From the NCBI GenBank assembly GCA_964016885.1, contig OZ024743.1:118420001-118484000 (forward strand): 64,000 nucleotides of DNA, given 5' to 3'. Of this stretch, positions 1 through 14,045 are shown piece by piece. Under the pieces are notes generated by a model, which saw only the letters and a program-made list of their open reading frames with translations, was not told the DNA's origin and searched no databases. The position numbers were made by a program, and so were the translations under genes. Each line of letters starts with the position of its first letter. Positions within the stretch are counted from its first letter, which is position 1. This stretch comes from Eledone cirrhosa (taxonomy: Eukaryota).

Positions 1-596
1 ACAACACCTTAACATAAATATGAGCAACCGGCTATGGCTGGTTTGAACAGAAAGAGGCGAGAAAATACTGGCCAGATTATAGAAGGTTTACACGCTAAAG
101 GGTTAAGCGTAGTGCCCAAACGTTGGTTAATGCAAACATTTGTAAAGTGTTACTTATATATCTCTCTTTCAATGCGTTCATTTTTTTTTTATTTTTGCAA
201 TTCTATTTTTTTATAATTACATGGTGAACATATATATTTTGTGGGAGAGACAAGTAGCTTTCCCTTTGCAAATTATTAGAAAAACCACTCTGTGCCTCAG
301 TTGTAAATTATTATTTTGTACTGGGGTACTTGTGTCCAGGCTAGAACAGATAAGGTGTGGGTTTGCACGTTGTAGAGATGGCCTAACTTCTGTTAATTTT
401 CAATTTATTTATTACGTTCTATCACAATGTATATATATGATATACATGAATATACCTGTAATTTATAGATTAATTACATGCATCTATAACTGATTACTCA
501 AATACTTATGAAGTAATTTGAAATGGAGCTTTCATTTGGCATCTGATTAGAGCTTATCACCAGTTTGCACGGATACGCTTGTAGCCAATATATGAC

Positions 597-815
597 GTGG
601 ATTGGCAGTATCGGTAGATGACCGGACGCCATGCTTTGCAGTATAGAGTTACGGCCCTTTATGATCTGAGTTCAAATCCCGCAGGTGTTAGATTTGCCTT
701 TCATCCTTACGGGGTCGATAAAATAAAGTACCAGTCCCGCACTGGGGTCGATTTATTCGATATTACCCTCCGCCCAAAATTGCTGATCTTGTGCCTATAT
801 AAGAAACCATTATTA
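597..815 (+). mobile_element. tRNA-derived SINE (octopus-type, Meta-domain-like core)
   Basis: GAGTTCAAATCCC B-box-like motif, core GCCTTTCATCCTTACGGGGTCGATAAAATAAAGTACCAG, tail CTTGTGCCTATATAAGAAACCATTATTA. Matches many copies in the window. Confidence 0.85.
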
Positions 816-819
816 TGGA

Positions 820-1185
820 TATTCAAAGAATATGGTGAATTAGCAGTGTCGGTAGATCGTTGGACAAAGACTTATCAGTGTTTGTAAATACTTAGTATTA
901 TATAATATTTCTTCACCTAAATTGCAGACCTTGTGCCAATCTTAGAACAACACCGTTCAGATGTCAGCAGACAACATACTCCATACCAGTAATACACTGG
1001 TATAATTGCTGGCCTTGTGCCAAAAGTAGAAACAATTATTTAGTGCATTCTAAGTGTAATTACTAAGGAGTTCAACTTTTTGTCCTTCCAGTGTTGATAA
1101 AATAAAGAACCAGTCAAGTACTGGAGTCGATTTAATCGACTTTTCCGTTCCGCTAAATTGCTGGCCCTGTGCCAGTATTAGAAGA
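820..1185 (+). mobile_element. Degraded SINE fragments (tails and a partial core)
   Basis: Repeated tail motif AATTGCnGnCCTTGTGCC at about 920, 1005 and 1157. Core-like GATAAAATAAAGAACCAGTC at about 1096. Confidence 0.6.
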
Positions 1186-1193
1186 AAAAAAAT

Positions 1194-1201
1194 CATCATC
1201 G

Positions 1202-1251
<50 letters not shown>

Positions 1252-1474
1252 GTAGTAGTAGTAGTAGTAGTAGTATGTCTGTGAGATGAGGAGAATAGGA
1301 GCGAGAAGGAGCAACAACAAAAGCAATGATATCCTGAAATGAAAACAACGATGACCGAAAATAGTGTTTCTTTGACCTTTTCAACGATCCGCTTGGTTTC
1401 ACACACGAATACCTTCCTTATCTCAATGTACCCGGCAACTGCTACTGTTGCTGCTGCTGCTCCTGCTCCTGCTG

Positions 1475-1515
<41 letters not shown>

Positions 1516-1520
1516 GATGC
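1194..1520. repeat. Trinucleotide microsatellites (CAT)n, (TAG)n, (CTG)n, (CTA)n
   Basis: Directly visible. Explains the poly-D, M, V and T ORFs. Confidence 0.95.
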
Positions 1521-1949
1521 TACTGTATGTTTCGCACAAGTATGTTCACATTCATACATACATATATTTTTATTATTATTCCCAGTAAAATAAAGTGCCA
1601 GTAACAAATTGTGATATATTTAATGGTATTTCCCTTCCAGCAAAATTGTTGGCCTTGTGCCTAAATCAGAAACCATTATTATTATTTCCGGTGCCTCCTC
1701 TGAGAGAGATCAATTTGTCCTAGCGGACAGGGTGTCCATGGCTTTTTGTGGCCTTCATGAGTGACGCTTGGAGTCTACCCACCCTTGGGGAATTTGTTAT
1801 GTTTATGTTTTTAAATGTTTATTTGCTTAGTCTATGTTATAAATTTCATTTACACACAAAAAACTGCACTCTATCGTCCTGTGCCGTCTTTAATGCTTTC
1901 TTAATGTGAGCCCTGTGTGGTAATGAATACATCATTATGGATTGGCAGA

Positions 1950-2170
1950 GTGGTGGATTGGCAGTATCGGTGGAAGTCGAACGCTATGCTTCGACGCATA
2001 GAGTTACGGCCCTTGCCATTCTGAGTTCAAATCCCGCTGAGGTTAACTTTGCCTTTCATCCTTACGGCGTCGATAAAATAAAGTACCAGTCACGCACTGG
2101 TGTCGATTTAATTGGCTTCCCCCTCTCCTAAAATTGCCGGCCTTGTGCCTATATAAGAAACAATTATTAA
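1950..2170 (+). mobile_element. SINE, full length
   Basis: Same head, core and tail as 597-815. Confidence 0.85.
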
Positions 2171-2224
2171 GGTCAGTACTATAACGTACGTTCTTGGTAT
2201 GGGTCTGTTGTGATAATAACCTTA

Positions 2225-2420
2225 ATAATTGTTTATATTTTTGGCACAAGGCCAACAATTATTCCAGTGCATTACTGGTACTTTATTTTATCGAACCCGT
2301 AAGGATGAAAGGCGAAGTTAACCTCGGCGGGATATGAACTTAGACCATAAAGGACCATAACTCTTTGCTGTAAAGCATAGCGTCAAACCCTCTACCGATA
2401 CTGCCAACCCACCGCCCTTA
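2225..2420 (-). mobile_element. SINE, tail-to-tail with the 1950-2170 copy
   Basis: Reverse complement of the core (CTGGTACTTTATTTTATCGAACCCGTAAGGATGAAAGGC) and head. Confidence 0.85.
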
Positions 2421-2514
2421 ATATAATCAAATTCACCCTACGAACATAAGTTGCTTTATACCTTGGACATTTCTACCAAACTATCACCACTATATATATG
2501 TATATATATATAAC

Positions 2515-3680
2515 AAATTCAAAGGGGTATAATTAGACATAGTCACAGATACATATATGACTTTGGCTACCTTTCATGGTGTGGCACAATGAAGAATTAA
2601 TTAAGCAAATAATCATTAATCAGAGCTATATATATATAAAATTGCAGGTTTGAAGAACTATTAGATAAAATATATACAGTATTTTCTCTTCCTAGTCCGT
2701 ATAAATCAACCACATAAAAATCATTTAAACGGGGCTATAAGTTTAAAATGTAACTATGAAGAAATAATAGACAAATGATACAGACTATTTTCCGCGATGT
2801 ACAGCCAGATAAAATTTATCCAGATATTTCTTTTAGCCTGTAGAAATTGACTAGACAAATAATCAACTACAGGGAGTTAGGTACAAAATAGAAGTTTGAA
2901 GAAAAAATGCACATAAACTTTACCAAAATTCCTCTAGTCCCGACCACCGGCGGTTTCGTTCCATTTTTTGGATATACTCTATCTTGGATCTATTCACGAT
3001 GATTCTAGACTAAGTTTTCTATCATGATCCCCGCCAGAGATGAATTCAAAATGGCTAAGAACTATCACGTGGCCAGTGGTCAAGGCAGAACATTTGGGAT
3101 TGGTGCCTGTCGGCGAGTAGGCTGGTTGCTAGAAAGCGCAGCCGGATACTGCCTAAAGCTTTACTCAACCTTACGGGAGTATATATTAAATTCAAAGGGG
3201 TATATGTATATAATTAGACATAGTCACAGATACATATATGAGTTTGGCTACCTTGACGGTATGGCTCAATGAAGAATTAATTAAGCAAATAATCATTAAT
3301 CACAGCTATATATAAAATTGCAAGTTTGAAGAACTATTAGATAAAATATATACAGTATTTCCTCTTCCTAGTCCGTGTAAATCAAACACATAAAAAATCA
3401 TTTAAACGAGGCTATAAGTTTAAAATGTAAAAAACTTAGTCCAGAATCGGAGTGTCTCCTGATGAGTTCCAAGCCTCGTGGATAGATCCAAGATCGGGTA
3501 TATAAAAAAAAAAAATGGAACGAAATCGCCGTTGGTCGGGACTAGAGGAACTTTGGTAAAGTTTATGTGCATATTTTCTTCAAACTTATATTTTGTACCT
3601 AACTCCGTGTAGTTGATTATTTTTTTTATATACCCGATCTTGGATCTATCCACGAGGCTTGGAACTCATCAGGAGACACT
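2515..3680 (-). mobile_element. Non-coding HHR-bearing element: about 673-nt unit, partial tandem copy, inverted 5' segments
   Basis: 2515-2753 repeats directly at 3188-3430. 3431-3620 is an inverted copy of about 2860-3017. 3626-3680 inverts 3452-3505. Abuts (TA)n at 2491-2512. Confidence 0.7.
3454..3542 (+). ncRNA. Type I hammerhead ribozyme
   Basis: gtctc-CTGATGA-gttcca...tggaac-GAAA-tcg(ccgt)tgg-TC-gggac, with all three stems pairing. The minus-strand paralog at 2937-2963 has stem III ACCG(CCGG)TGGT with a palindromic loop. Confidence 0.8.
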
Positions 3681-4299
3681 GTGTGCGTGCGTGTGGATGG
3701 AGAGGAGTCAGAGGGGTGGGGGAGGGGGGCATGTGGATTCCGGAGGCTGAGTGTGTATATGAGTGGGTGCGCACGTGTGTGTTTGTGTTTATACATGGTA
3801 TGGATGTAGGTGGCGTGCTTCGAAAAAAAATGTGAGTGTTTGTTCGTTGGTAAGTTCCTAAGGTAGTTCCGTGTATTGTGCCATGAGTTGTTGGATATTT
3901 TTCATGTTATAGAGTGGATAGCTGGAACGATGAACGGTGGTGTGGAATCCGTTAGTTGTGGTGGTCGGAAGTGGAGAGATGTGGGGTGCGCGCGCACAGG
4001 AAGTGGTCAGAGGGTCAAGGCAGGGTGAAGAGATAGCAGTAGAGGAGGATGATAGGTGGAGAAATGGTCTGTATGTGGTGAGGACTGTGTGTCTGTGTGT
4101 GCGGAGGTGCGGAGATGCGGTGGACAGGGGACAGGATGGGTAGGTGTGAAAGGTGAAGGGGAAGGTAGTGATGTGGGGGGGGATGGGGTGTATATTAGTA
4201 GAGGTGTTAGTGGGATGTGTGTGAAGGGGTGTTGGTGGAGCGAGGAGAGGGAGAGGGAGAGAAAAGATGTTGGGATGGAGGAGGGAGTGTAGTGTACTG

Positions 4300-4332
<33 letters not shown>

Positions 4333-4355
<23 letters not shown>

Positions 4356-4522
4356 CAAACAGGGTGTGGTAAGATATCAGGTGGACCATAACGCATTAGA
4401 GTACTCGATACTTGGGTTAGTAGAGCGGGTAATATGAAAAGATTCAGGACCCGAACAGCTCGATCCGAACGTATCTAGCTATCGAAACGGTCGGAGCTCA
4501 GCCGTCGGGGTCCTGAATATTT
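4333..4522 (+). mobile_element. Short (TA)n-embedded element with decayed HHR; homologs at 36647-36795 (+) and 32703-32770 (-)
   Basis: Shared CAGGTGGACCATAACGCA..AGAGTACTC. Stem I ttcaggaccc/gggtcctgaa and GAAAcgg...ccgTC are present, but the CTGAnGA box is degenerate. Confidence 0.6.
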
Positions 4523-4729
4523 ATATATATATATATATATATTTTTTTTTTCCTACAGAACAACAACTGTTTTATTTGAAACAGTTCTAGTCCTGTAGAA
4601 TCCATTTCTATATTTAAAATATTATACTCTGCTATGTATTGAGTACCTTACATATTGTGGTTATGCCCGATTGAACCCCGAGGACACACACACACACACA
4701 CACACACCCATATATATATATATATACAT

Positions 4730-4785
<56 letters not shown>

Positions 4786-5040
4786 AAAGTAAGTGTTCAA
4801 ACCAATCAAGAAAGCGAGGTAAGAGATTAGTTGTGAGAATTATAAGCCGCTAGTGAAGAGGACAGCGTGCTCAATGCGCATTAAGTGCAAAAGAAGCGAA
4901 CAGTGAAACTAAGCAAAAGAAGTATAAGTCATGCCAATAGAGTATAGGCAGAGCATAAATATAAAAATTGAATAGTCTGTTGAATAATGGTCTACTAATC
5001 AGTTTCAAACTGATTCCATACTAATTTATATATATATATA

Positions 5041-5290
5041 ACCAAAGATTAATATCGTTCATTGATTACTCAATGAATATAGTTTTACAATAGATTAAAA
5101 GCACTCTACAATGAAGTTTTCTGGAGTTATTAATATTATTCAAAATATTAATAAATGAAGACTTTCACATTATCAAAATATATGTTTTATTATATATATT
5201 TCGAAGGTACTGTGCTGTTTTTTCAGTACGTTGTCGTCAGATAAAATACATGAATTGGTGTATGACATACCTCAACGGTCTTGATGGTTT
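5041..5290 (-). mobile_element. PLE-type terminal (pLTR-like) fragment with type I HHR at 5185-5246; homologs at 16860-17030 and 61880-62223
   Basis: Minus strand reads ttttat-CTGACGA-caacgtactg...cagtaccttc-GAAA-tatata-TA-ataaaa. The family end ATTAATCTTTGGTTATA(TA)n is shared by all copies. Confidence 0.7.
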
Positions 5291-5293
5291 TGA

Positions 5294-5327
<34 letters not shown>

Positions 5328-5881
5328 ACACACACATGTCCTTCGTTTGTATTTGTATTTAAAAAAAATAATTTTTTCATTCGTTGTCTTGTCCTCGCAT
5401 TGTTATTTTCTTAAGCTTATCTAATGCGACGAACGTGTTATTTCTTTTCTCACTGCCCCCCAATTTATTGAAATGTCTTACACATTTTTTTTACACAATA
5501 ACTTACTTTCTGCTTCTTGCTTTTTCCCTTCCTTTCTCTTTCTTTTTTCTTTGTTTCTTTCATGATTCTCGTGCTATAAGATGCACCAAACTTGTCCCCT
5601 AACGTCACATGAAATTATATGTGTACTTGTAGCATAATTGGTATACATTAATGTTTTGTCTTTTATCTCTTACTCCAATGGATAGCGTTTAGCTTATGTC
5701 AGACGCTGTGACTCCGGGTCCACCCCAACGGCCGATGTCCCAGGAGGTCTGTGACTTTCATTTGTACTTTATTTTTGATAAATATTTTTTTTAGGTTTTT
5801 CCCTTCATAAATTATTTTTCGGTCGTTGTCTTACCATATCCTTGTTATTTTTCTTAAGATTATATATATATATATATACGC

Positions 5882-5930
<49 letters not shown>

Positions 5931-5939
5931 GCATTCATC

Positions 5940-7236
5940 ATTCATCCAGCCATCTGGTGGGGGTGGGGGTAGGGGTGCCGCGTGGGCTCTTTTAGACTGA
6001 TGCCGCTGGGTGGAAAAAGATTACGGCCCTGGTAGGATGATTTGGTGGATGGAGGAGGACATGTCCTTATTAGTACATGCGACGAATATCTTTTAGGCGG
6101 AAGCTGTAGCTTGATGCGGGCGCGCACGCAACACTTTGTTGTGGTGCCGTGCGCAACACATGGTGGTGCCATGCGATTTTTTTTATGGTCCTCAGGGCTC
6201 TGCTATCGAAGCTGTCAATCCACTTTTTCATAGTATTTATAAGGAGCCACGTTCCTGTTCCATAAAAGAGAACATTGTAAATGTGGAACTTCGTCTGTTT
6301 GGGAGAGCGGTGACGCCAAAGGCCTTCCATAGTGAGTGCATGTCCTAAGCAGCCAGTCCACATCTGTGGCTGATCTCCGTAGTCAGGTCTCCATTGTTGG
6401 TGACAGTCAAGCCCAGGTAAATGAAGGAGCTGACAAACTCCACGCCGTCGGGGCCAATATAAAGCGAGGGAGAATCCGGATCATTGCCAGCATGCATCAG
6501 TTTGTCCTCGCCTAGCTTACCTGAAGCTATATTCCTCTCGGTATATAGTTAGTGAATCTCTGAGCTGATCGATCGAGTTGCTGAATAGTGTGGTGTCGTC
6601 TACTTACACCAGATCGCTCAGGCAGGAATTCCCGAAAGTAACGCCAGAATCTCGCTCACAGACATTGGTCATCAGATAGATGATGACACAGGCGAAAAAG
6701 ACGGGGGCAGCCACGGAGTCTTGTTTGACCTCGCTGTTGATGGGGAACCAGTCGGTGTCCTTCCTGTTCAACCGCACGAGCTATAGAGCCTTTGACACAG
6801 GCTGGTGACCTTGAGAGTGTGTGTGTGTGTGTGTGGAGGGGGGGGGGTAAGTAAAAAAGCTGGAGAATGTTCAGATGGATGCGTGTTCGATCGTTTTGGA
6901 AGCTGCTTTGAGGTCGGGTCGGCGAAGGTGACGTAGAGGCAGCGATCTCTATGGAACATCTGAGATCTTTGGATAATGAGGAGGTGGTCAAAAATGTGGA
7001 CGGCGGTGGATCGATTAGTCATGAATCTGGTTTTTTTTCGGTGACGTCTGCTTTTGATGGCGGGAAGAGCACGGGTGAGGAGGAACTTGGTGACGGCCTA
7101 GCTTAGGATGGAGAGAAAGGTGATACCTCTGTGATTGCTGCAAACAAGCCTGCCATCCATCCGTTTCCAGAATGGGGTGGATAATGCCTCGGGTCCAGTC
7201 ACATACATTACAATATGTCGAGATGTATTCAGGCAA
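5940..7236 (-). mobile_element. Degraded RTE-clade LINE (RT domain and 3' end)
   Basis: Frameshifted RT motifs: DWTRGII.PI, FMTNRSTAVHIF, VKQDSVAAPVFF, LxVDDTTLF, IYNVLFYGTGTW, DSFDSRALRTI. Confidence 0.8.
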
Positions 7237-7631
7237 AGATGAAATTTGTTTGAATGTGTTTAAAATGATAAATGAACTTTAAGCCAAAACAAAAGACAGC
7301 GATACCAACAAATATGCACACCAGAGAAAACAAGGCATTATGTAATAAGAGTCGACTGAATTAAAGTAATTAATAAAAGTTAAAAAGAACATTTCTCTGA
7401 TAGCAGTCGAAGTAGAAACGTTCAGAATATTACTAAAGAAATGACTTGGTGATAATTCGTAAGCACGGATATAGAGGTATAAGCAATTGTTAACGAGGTG
7501 AAAAGATGATTGGGTGGTAAAATTTAATGTGGATTTAATTCAGCATTTTTCTGAATGATGATTTAATGAGTTGGTTGTGGCAATGCGATGCCAAAGAAGC
7601 GTCTGTTTGTGGTGTGGCTCCGTTGTAGTAA

Positions 7632-7716
<85 letters not shown>

Positions 7717-7718
<2 letters not shown>

Positions 7719-7762
7719 TACTAATGTATTGAGTGCCTTACTTACTGCGGTTACTCTCGATT

Positions 7763-7806
<44 letters not shown>

Positions 7807-7840
7807 ATAAATATATATATGTATATATATATATATATAA

Positions 7841-7905
<65 letters not shown>

Positions 7906-7970
7906 TATATATATATATATAAACAATCGAGAGTTACCGCAGTAAGTAAGGCAGTCAATACATTAGTAAA
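7717..7970. repeat. About 50-bp inverted repeat enclosing a (TA)n/(CA)n tract
   Basis: TTACTAATGTATTGAGTGCCTTACTTACTGCGGTTACTCTCGATTGTTT versus AAACAATCGAGAGTTACCGCAGTAAGTAAGGCAGTCAATACATTAGTAA. Confidence 0.9.
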
Positions 7971-8069
7971 GTATATACAGCAAAATTTAATATCTACCTG
8001 ACTATAACTTTTTCATTGAAAGGAAACAGTTGTAGTCCTGTAAAAGCCATTTCTATATTAAATTTGTTA

Positions 8070-8123
<54 letters not shown>

Positions 8124-8188
8124 AATAATATATATATGTATATATATATATAAAATAATATATATATATATATATGTATATATATATG

Positions 8189-8237
<49 letters not shown>

Positions 8238-8494
8238 GAGAGATGACCGGTGTATATATAGAAGCAACGGCCCTATTCTTTTGTGTGTAGAGCCAATCCT
8301 CTGGGAAACGTGCGTAACAGGTCGATACGCGGTAAATATCTTTTACATGTGAACGAAACTTACTCATTTTTTTTTCTAATATATACAATCCACCTGTACA
8401 TAGAGTGGTTGCTTTGGTACCAGCACCAGTAATACACTGAACCAGCTACACTATATATATGCATATCGCTATGTGGAAACACGAATACAAATAT

Positions 8495-9495
8495 ATATAT
8501 AGGAGCAAATCATGGAATAGCTTAAATAGGACTAAACATAAGATAGGGAAAGCCTCCTCATTGTACGACAACCAGAGATACCAGAGTGTCATGTTCGTGG
8601 ATTCTACCCCTGGAGGGAAATGACCTAACCGATGTAGCAAGGCCCTAAGAAAGACCAATTTAAAGATTAAAGTGGTAGAAAAACCAAGACATACGCCTTT
8701 AAGAAAACCCACTGTACAAATAAGAAATATGTTAGAAGTAAAATGAATCTGCTATAAGTAAAATGAATCTGTAAAACTAGAAATGTAGTTTATAGCATAA
8801 GATATAATGAGGGTACTTGCAGAAACATGACCACGCCATATATAGGTGAGACATCTCGAAGCATAGGAGAAAGAATAGACCAACACCGGGGGGAACTAAA
8901 AGGACAAACAAAAAAAACGGTTCAGTACTATATGAACACGCCAGACAAAGACATGGCCATAATATAGACAACATAGAAATTAAAATAATATCTAAACATA
9001 GAAATGACTCACTCTACAGGTAGGCAAATCAGAGAAGCCACTGAGATAGGACTAAGTAGACCGAAGTTAAACAGAAAAAACGAATGGAATAACAAGAACA
9101 ACCATAACCAAACAAACAATACTGACTTAAGGGAAATATAAATAAATATATACACAAGTGCAATAACCACAAACACATATAAGCACACACTAGTGAACAA
9201 AGATAGAATACAAAAACAAACACGCACACACTCAAACATATGCGCAGGGACAGATACAAGAATAAATAAATAAATGAAAATAAAAATGCCGTAGACATAC
9301 AATACAACAGGAGGAAAAAACTGATGATGTTGCAGATGTGCAACGAAAGAACTTTGATAGACTATATATATATTTATATCTGTATTTTTAACCGCTGGTC
9401 AATCAATGATAAACATTGATTGCCAAATAAATTAACTATGGAAATATAACAGATACAGAAACGAAAACCAACCCAAACATTGAGTGTGTTCTGTT
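8495..9495 (+). mobile_element. PLE 3' portion (linker, GIY-YIG endonuclease, 3' UTR), pseudogenised
   Basis: Manual translation gives YRSKSW..SVMFVDSTPGG..IKVVEKP, CKTRNVVYSI..CRNMTTPYIGETSRSIGERIDQH and QIREATEI..PKLNRKNEW. HHR-like core CTGATGAt-gttgca-gatg-tgcaac-GAAA at 9321-9348. Confidence 0.8.
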
Positions 9496-9592
9496 ACAAT
9501 ATATATATATATGTATATATTTATATATGTGTGTGTGTGTGTGTGTATGTGTGTGTGTGTGTTTATATATATATATATGTGTGTGTGTGTAA

Positions 9593-9660
<68 letters not shown>

Positions 9661-9676
9661 ATATATATATATATGC

Positions 9677-9730
<54 letters not shown>

Positions 9731-10222
9731 TCGTGTTCCCACATAGCGATATGCATATAAATGTACGCATTCTATATTGAATAATATACGGGATGTTTAT
9801 GAAAATCATTTGTAGAACTTACGCTATGAATGTTAAGGTTGTGACCAACGTTACGTACCCAGCTTCAGCAAAAGCAGGAGGAAGTAGGAAGTAATGGAAG
9901 ATGCCACCGTTTGTCACTTCTTAGTGGTTTTCAAGACTATTATATCTCCCCGCGTTTGCTGAAGCTAAACTAAACTAGATTCTTATAGAATTCTGCTTAT
10001 GTTTATGTATGACACGTAGTATTCCACAAAATTGCTTGCCCAAGCAATTCACCTGGTTGAGAAATGAGAAACTTGCCCATAATCTCAGAAGACCACCCGG
10101 GTTTCCTATCATATGTATTTGCGCGCGCGCGCGTGTATGTGTGTTTGTGTGTGTGTGCGCCTGCGTGTGTAGTATTTATATATAGCATTTATCCTTTTGA
10201 TTAATAAAAGGCCTCGGGCGCA

Positions 10223-10294
10223 CCCGAACTACGCCGATGTCCTGTAATTCAGCGCCGAAACATCGGATCGGGAAACATTTACAGCTGACGATGG
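10223..10294 (+). ncRNA. Candidate non-circularly permuted hammerhead ribozyme (family A)
   Basis: Stem III ccgatgT/Acatcgg, GUC site 10239-41, stem I ctgtaa/ttacag, GAAA 10257-60 before CTGACGA 10285-91, outer helix cccga/tcggg. Confidence 0.65.
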
Positions 10295-10390
10295 AAACTC
10301 CTTTCTTCCTTTCTCCTCCTGTTCCGTCCTAACCACAATCCTAAACCTTGTTTTTAGTAACCACACAAGTCTTTTCGTTTCATATAATTT

Positions 10391-10993
<603 letters not shown>

Positions 10994-11203
10994 GGGAGAG
11001 AGAGAGGGAGAGAGAGAGAGAGAGAGATAACTATATGTACATATACATATATGCATGGTCACACAGAGGTGCGCATCTATACTTATTTGTTGTGGGGGCT
11101 CGAACGGTGGACCGAGTCAGAATTTGTGTGTGGTGGTGGTGGTGGGGTAAGTGCCCGCGCTTGTATGTGTGAAATAAAGAAGGAGTAAAAGAGGAGGAGA
11201 TGG

Positions 11204-11237
<34 letters not shown>

Positions 11238-11721
11238 GGGGGGGTGCGATAGAATGTGTGAAAGAGAAAACAGATCGACACAGAGAAAGACAAAGCGACA
11301 GAGGTGGCAGAAAATGAAATAAAATATATAATGTATTATTAGACTGACACATTAAAAAATATATTTTTTGCTTCTGTCTGAAACCTGATAGAATTCAGAA
11401 TTCACAATTCCTGGTGGGTGGTGGTCCCTCCCGCTTCCTCTTTATCGTAGATACGACTTGGATCTAAGTGTCCGTAAAAGTTCAAAGACACGCGTCTAAA
11501 TACACGTTGTGCCCTGCAAACTCCGCCTAGTATCATGAATGGTAACAGAAAGAAAAGGAAAAAAATGCACCAATAACGCATGCGCACTTAGTATCATTGA
11601 TGTGTTGAGTTCAGTAAACTGGCGGCACACCTCAGTTCATTCTCTGTAGCTGTCTCTCTGTCTCTCTAACTCTCTTTCTCTCTCCCCCTCATTCTGTCTT
11701 AGCTACTATTATTTCTCTCAC

Positions 11722-11814
<93 letters not shown>

Positions 11815-11846
11815 TGGGGGAGTGTGTGAGATGTATATATTTATAT

Positions 11847-11885
<39 letters not shown>

Positions 11886-12060
11886 TAGATACATATAAGT
11901 ATTTGTTATTTCAGACCTGTTGAGATATATAATATGTTTGTACGCAGGCAACGACAGAAACTAAATAGATTGTTGCTCGGACTCCATCACCCCGAAAAAC
12001 TCCATACATTACAGTCTCCCACCATCCCCATCACCTTACGGTAGCTTTAACACCTTCCTT

Positions 12061-12154
<94 letters not shown>

Positions 12155-12929
12155 CACGTTTATTATATATATTTTCTATGTGTATATGTGTATTCTTTAT
12201 TCACTTGTATCCCACTCCCATCCATTAACGTATACATTTTTCATATTATTCCCTCACCTCTTTCACCTAAAGAAGATGAAAAAATAAAATAAAAAAAAAA
12301 CATTAAAAATAAAGAAAATATAATAAAAATGATATAAAACACCATGGCAATAACGTTGGTCTGTCATCGCTTTGTGATGACCCTTTGGTCAGGAAATTTA
12401 TAGAAGAAATGTGTGAATTTAATGTCTTTTAGCAGGTGCTTTTATAATGCCAAGCAGTAAATGACACTTATAGTAGCACAGATATGAATTTGTCTCCTTT
12501 TTACCCTGTATTAGTTTTTACTGATCTCATATTATCTTATTTATTTAGTTGTGTTGCAGGATTCATTTTTAAAGTATTTATTGCTCTCTTTAATGTTTTA
12601 TTATATTTATTATCCGTGAGGTGAAGGGAACCCCGCAGATTAGATGTAAGCACCCGTTGTGCCTAAACTACGGTCCTAGGCTACCTTAGTGACTGTGACG
12701 GTAGGAAGTTGCTACTGTTCTTTAGCAAAGCCTTCATTTCTTACAACTGCGAAAGACGTATAATTTATGCAATGGTTATATAGATGATTTTGAGCGATGA
12801 GTATTGTAATAGTAGTTGTTTTTGAATTCGCTCAAGCTTGATCGAACAGCCTTATGATGAAAATGGTACCAGGACCAACTAGGCGTCTAAACAATAAAAC
12901 CATCCCCTTTAAAATTAGTGATGAATATT

Positions 12930-13325
12930 TCTTCTTCTCGTGACGCTAAACTCCGCCAGTTGCAGAGTACGCATTAACATGTGATATCACTCTCCACAAA
13001 GTTCGATCACCAGCAGCAGAGTTCAAAGAGCCAAGATCAAGTCAAGTCCATAAGTTGACATTGTCAAGCCATCGTTTTGGCTGCCGGCCTCTGCTTCTCT
13101 TACCAGCCAACCTTCCTTCCAGGCATAACCTATTCACACAACGAGTTGATCTTTTTATATGGCCGTATAGTTTGAGTACTCTTGACTTGACAATTGATGT
13201 AATTGGTCTAACTTTGGTAATGTTGAGCAGCTCACTGATACAGATACGGTCGCTGAGCCGCTTGCCAATCATAAGTCTCATGTGGTTCTGGAATGTAGAA
13301 AGCTTCTGAAGTGACCTTGTCGTCG
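12930..13325 (-). mobile_element. RTE-clade LINE 3' end (a different family)
   Basis: ORF ..RVLKLYGHIKRS..LEGRLAGKRSRGRQPKRWLDNV. Confidence 0.85.
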
Positions 13326-14045
13326 AATTAACACAAATACCATATATGAATATTTAGTGTTTCTTAAATAGCTCATACATACAGTCTACGAATCAAAATA
13401 TAGCGTGACCATTTTACGAAACTTCGCTTACTAAAATGTAACGTAAAACGGACGTGGGTATAGCCGAATGTTTAACAAGTTTACTTTACATTCATATGGT
13501 TTCAGATTCAACTGCATGGTATATGAGACGAATGTTTCTTTCTTAGCCTAGTTTTGACATAAAGTTATGAATAGAAATATGGACAGAAAGTGTTTGGAAC
13601 CTCGTTGGATACAATATATCTGCAATTCAAAAAGCCAGTTTTGTTCAACTTTGTCGCGTTGAATATCGATGAGAATTATGTTAAGAGTTGATATTTCCTT
13701 GGAACATTTGGCCACTTGTAAATGTATTTCATGAGTAAGCCGTTGCATTGACCCAACAACTGAATCGCTCTCCGTCGAAACACATGAAGGTCATTGGATA
13801 ATACTCTGATTAAATAATCCTAGCGACAACGTTTATATACATCTCTGGCTTACTTGACAAAATTATCGTTATAGTTATTTAGTCTTTCACGCATCTATTA
13901 TAAATCCAATGTCTTGTTCACATAGAAGCAACCATTACGAATTTCAGCAGGAAGGTTGTTGTGATGTTTATGGCAGACATACGCAAGATCTGATGTTTGG
14001 GGGGGGGGGGGTTGCAGCACTTCATATTTGATATAAGTAAGATTA

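Noticed and set aside
1-105. AAAGGGTTAA as a piggyBac-like terminus
   Set aside because: The partner end would lie outside the window, so it cannot be verified.
1050-1607. Low-complexity ORFs here and across all (TA)n/(CA)n/(GA)n tracts
   Set aside because: They are translations of stop-free microsatellites, not genes.
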